A stretch of 64,000 nt of DNA from Camelus ferus (lineage: Eukaryota). Position 1 is the first letter of the stretch; each line of letters begins with the position of its first letter. The notes below the pieces were generated by a model, which saw only the letters and a list, made by a program, of their open reading frames with translations, had not been told where the DNA came from and ran no database searches. The position numbers were made by a program, and so were the translations under genes. Of the stretch, positions 61,901-64,000 are shown piece after piece. The DNA lies in assembly GCF_009834535.1 (NCBI RefSeq), contig NC_045696.1:2668001-2732000 (forward strand), read 5' to 3'.

Positions 61901-62323
61901 CCCTCAGCCCTGGACAGTGGCCTTGACCCGTTTGGAACAGAGGAGGAGGAGTCCAGCCCTGGCCTGTGCTCTGGGCCCGCGATGGGAGTGGCAGCACCAA
62001 CCTCTAACCATCTTCGGGGTCCCCTTCCTTGGACGAGCCCCGTGTCACAGCGAGCTCCACGCATTTGCTGCCATTGCCCCTGTTCCCTCCCAGGCACCCA
62101 GTGAGAGCTGAGGAATCGGGGTTCAGTGCTGCACCCCGCTTTTCTCTGGGCACACTCGCTTTTCTGTCTCTGCCCCCACATGCCCTTCTCCCTCATGTGA
62201 GGGCGGAAGGGGGTGATGCTGGGCACTGGGAATCCTGCAGCACCCACTCCCCTGGGCATTCCCGGGGGTGGCCGGGTCTGGGGGGGTGCTGTGGGCCCCC
62301 CTCACCCCATGTGCTGCCCCCAG

Positions 62324-62403
62324 GGATCGGGCTGGCTCTGGCTGCCGCTGTGAAGGGCTACCGCTGCATCATCGTGATGCCAGAGAAGATGAGCACGGAG
62401 AAG
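62324..62403 (+). CDS. CBS: CBS coding exon 4
   Basis: ccccag|, [27 protein letters not shown], |gtgggg. 80 nt. Confidence 0.98.
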
Positions 62404-62523
62404 GTGGGGCCTGGGGTGCTGGGGGCGGAGAGCTGGGGAGGTGTGGGGCAGGGCGTCTCCCGGGCCCCCGTCCCCGCGCTGCAGGCCTGGCAGTGCAATG
62501 AAGGCTGCAGCGTGCCTCTGCAG

Positions 62524-62658
62524 GTGGATGTCCTGCGCGCCCTGGGGGCTGAGATCGTGAGAACTCCCACCCAAGCCAGATTCGACTCCCCCGAGTCACA
62601 TGTAGGGGTTGCCTGGAGGCTGAAGAATGAGATCCCCAATTCCCACATCCTGGACCAG
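62524..62658 (+). CDS. CBS: CBS coding exon 5
   Basis: ctgcag|, [45 protein letters not shown], |gtgagg. 135 nt. Confidence 0.99.
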
Positions 62659-63168
62659 GTGAGGCGCCAGGGCCCGGGGGCGAGTAGGTGCCCAGCGGTT
62701 GGGACCTCAGTGGGGCCCTCCCGGGGGGGCTCTGTGGGGGCTTGGGGGTGGTGTTGCACGCGTGCTGCAGAGGTGACTGAGGTGCTGGCACGGGGTCGCT
62801 GGCTGCTCCCGGCCCGTTCAGGTCCCCCAGCCAGCGGGGTCGGCCAGGCTGTTGCCTCTGCTGTCCGCTCCGCACACTGGGCTGGAAGGCCCTTTGCAGA
62901 GGGCCTGGGACGCTCTCTACAGGCATCAGACATGAAAAGCTTCTTGCTGGAAGCTCTCTGCCACTTGTTCCACTTCTGGGTTAATTCAGAAATCGCGTCT
63001 TCTGGAGAGTTGGTCTTAGTGCTTGGCATCTGTTGAGGTGCCTGTGTCCTTCTCTGAGCTGCTGGGATCCTCTCCGGCTTGCGCTGAGCTGTTTGCCTGG
63101 CGCCCTGTGGCTGCTGCCAGTTCTGTGCATCGACCTGAACATGGCTCCTCTGCTGTCTTTTCTCACAG

Positions 63169-63238
63169 TACCGCAACGCCAGCAACCCCCTTGCCCACTA
63201 TGACATCACGGCCGAGGAGATCCTGCAGCAGTGTGACG
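63169..63238 (+). CDS. CBS: CBS coding exon 6 (gene continues beyond the window)
   Basis: ttctcacag|, [23 protein letters not shown](G), |gtgtgt. 70 nt. Confidence 0.97.
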
Positions 63239-64000
63239 GTGTGTACTTCTAGCCTAACCCTGCTGTCCATCTTGACTGGGAGTGTAGAAGTTACTTACCC
63301 TCTCCTTGGTAAACTCCTACTCATCCTTCAAAACCCAGCTCAAATGTCCCCTCTCTATAAAATGTTTTCTAGAGCATTTCCCTAGAGCAGTTTCCGGCCT
63401 CTATGGTGTTCTCTTGGACTTTGCCCTTGCCTCTCCTATAATATCAAACATACCGTCTTTGTTTACCTAGCCATCTTTCCTCCAAACCTATAGGAGCTCC
63501 TGAGCACAGGGAACAAGTGTGTCCCAGGCTGGTATGGGGCTCACAGCAGGGGTGTCACATTGCTGATTGGCACTTGGCATCAAGCCCCAACTTGGCACTG
63601 AATTCAACATTCAGGTTTTCTCATCTCCAGGTCTGGGGTGGTGACGTCCTACTCTGTATGGACAGGAGGCATCTTGGAACCTCTCCACACATTTGGTGCC
63701 AAGGCCGGTTGGGGTTGTGATGTTTCCTGATGGGCCATCTCCCTAAGAGATTTTCAGGACGAGTTCCAGGGGGTTGGCACCCGCCTTGGCTTCCTGTTGG
63801 AGCCTGATGTTGGCTTAAATGCACCTCGTTCCGTGCCCGGGAGCCAGGCAGCAGAGTCCGGGTATTTGCTCACCCAGGTTTTATGTGTGAGAATCTTCTC
63901 ATTTGGCAAAACCAGCCTTTCTGCCTCATCACAGGGGCCCGTGCTGACTTGTCTGCAGGTGCCCGAGCTGGCCCCTGGGCCCCCTGAGAGCCCAGACGAT

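Noticed and set aside
62029..63185. 335-aa plus-strand ORF and 275-aa antisense ORF
   Set aside because: Explained by CBS exons 4-5 plus read-through of GC-rich introns; the antisense frame is a shadow ORF.

Overview
Mammalian genomic DNA, GC-rich, with the conserved CRYAA - U2AF1 - CBS gene block (orthologous to human 21q22.3, shown in the reverse orientation). The tRNA-derived SINEs match the camelid Vic-1 type, so the source is probably a camelid (inference). Complete genes: CRYAA (alphaA-crystallin, minus strand, 3 coding exons, 173 aa) and U2AF1 (plus strand, 8 coding exons plus the mutually exclusive duplicate exon Ab, 240 aa). CBS (plus strand) is present from its CpG-island promoter through its first six coding exons and runs off the window. 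All exon boundaries were read from the sequence, have GT-AG ends and keep frame. The rest is intron and intergenic DNA with SINE, L1, L2, MIR, MaLR, ERV-LTR and DNA-transposon remnants. Almost all ORFs in the six-frame track are chance ORFs in GC-rich DNA. I found no new gene system. The most notable observations are: a frameshifted 70-nt alphaA-ins pseudo-exon in CRYAA intron 1; a Cys52-Cys53 pair at the CBS heme ligand; a Maf/Sox motif cluster about 6 kb upstream of CRYAA; a pure (GGC)10 tract encoding the U2AF1 poly-Gly; an intact solo LTR with a TATA box pointing at U2AF1; and a strong A/T-to-G/C skew in the decay of repeats. Repeat-family names and comparisons to human or mouse are from memory, not from searches.
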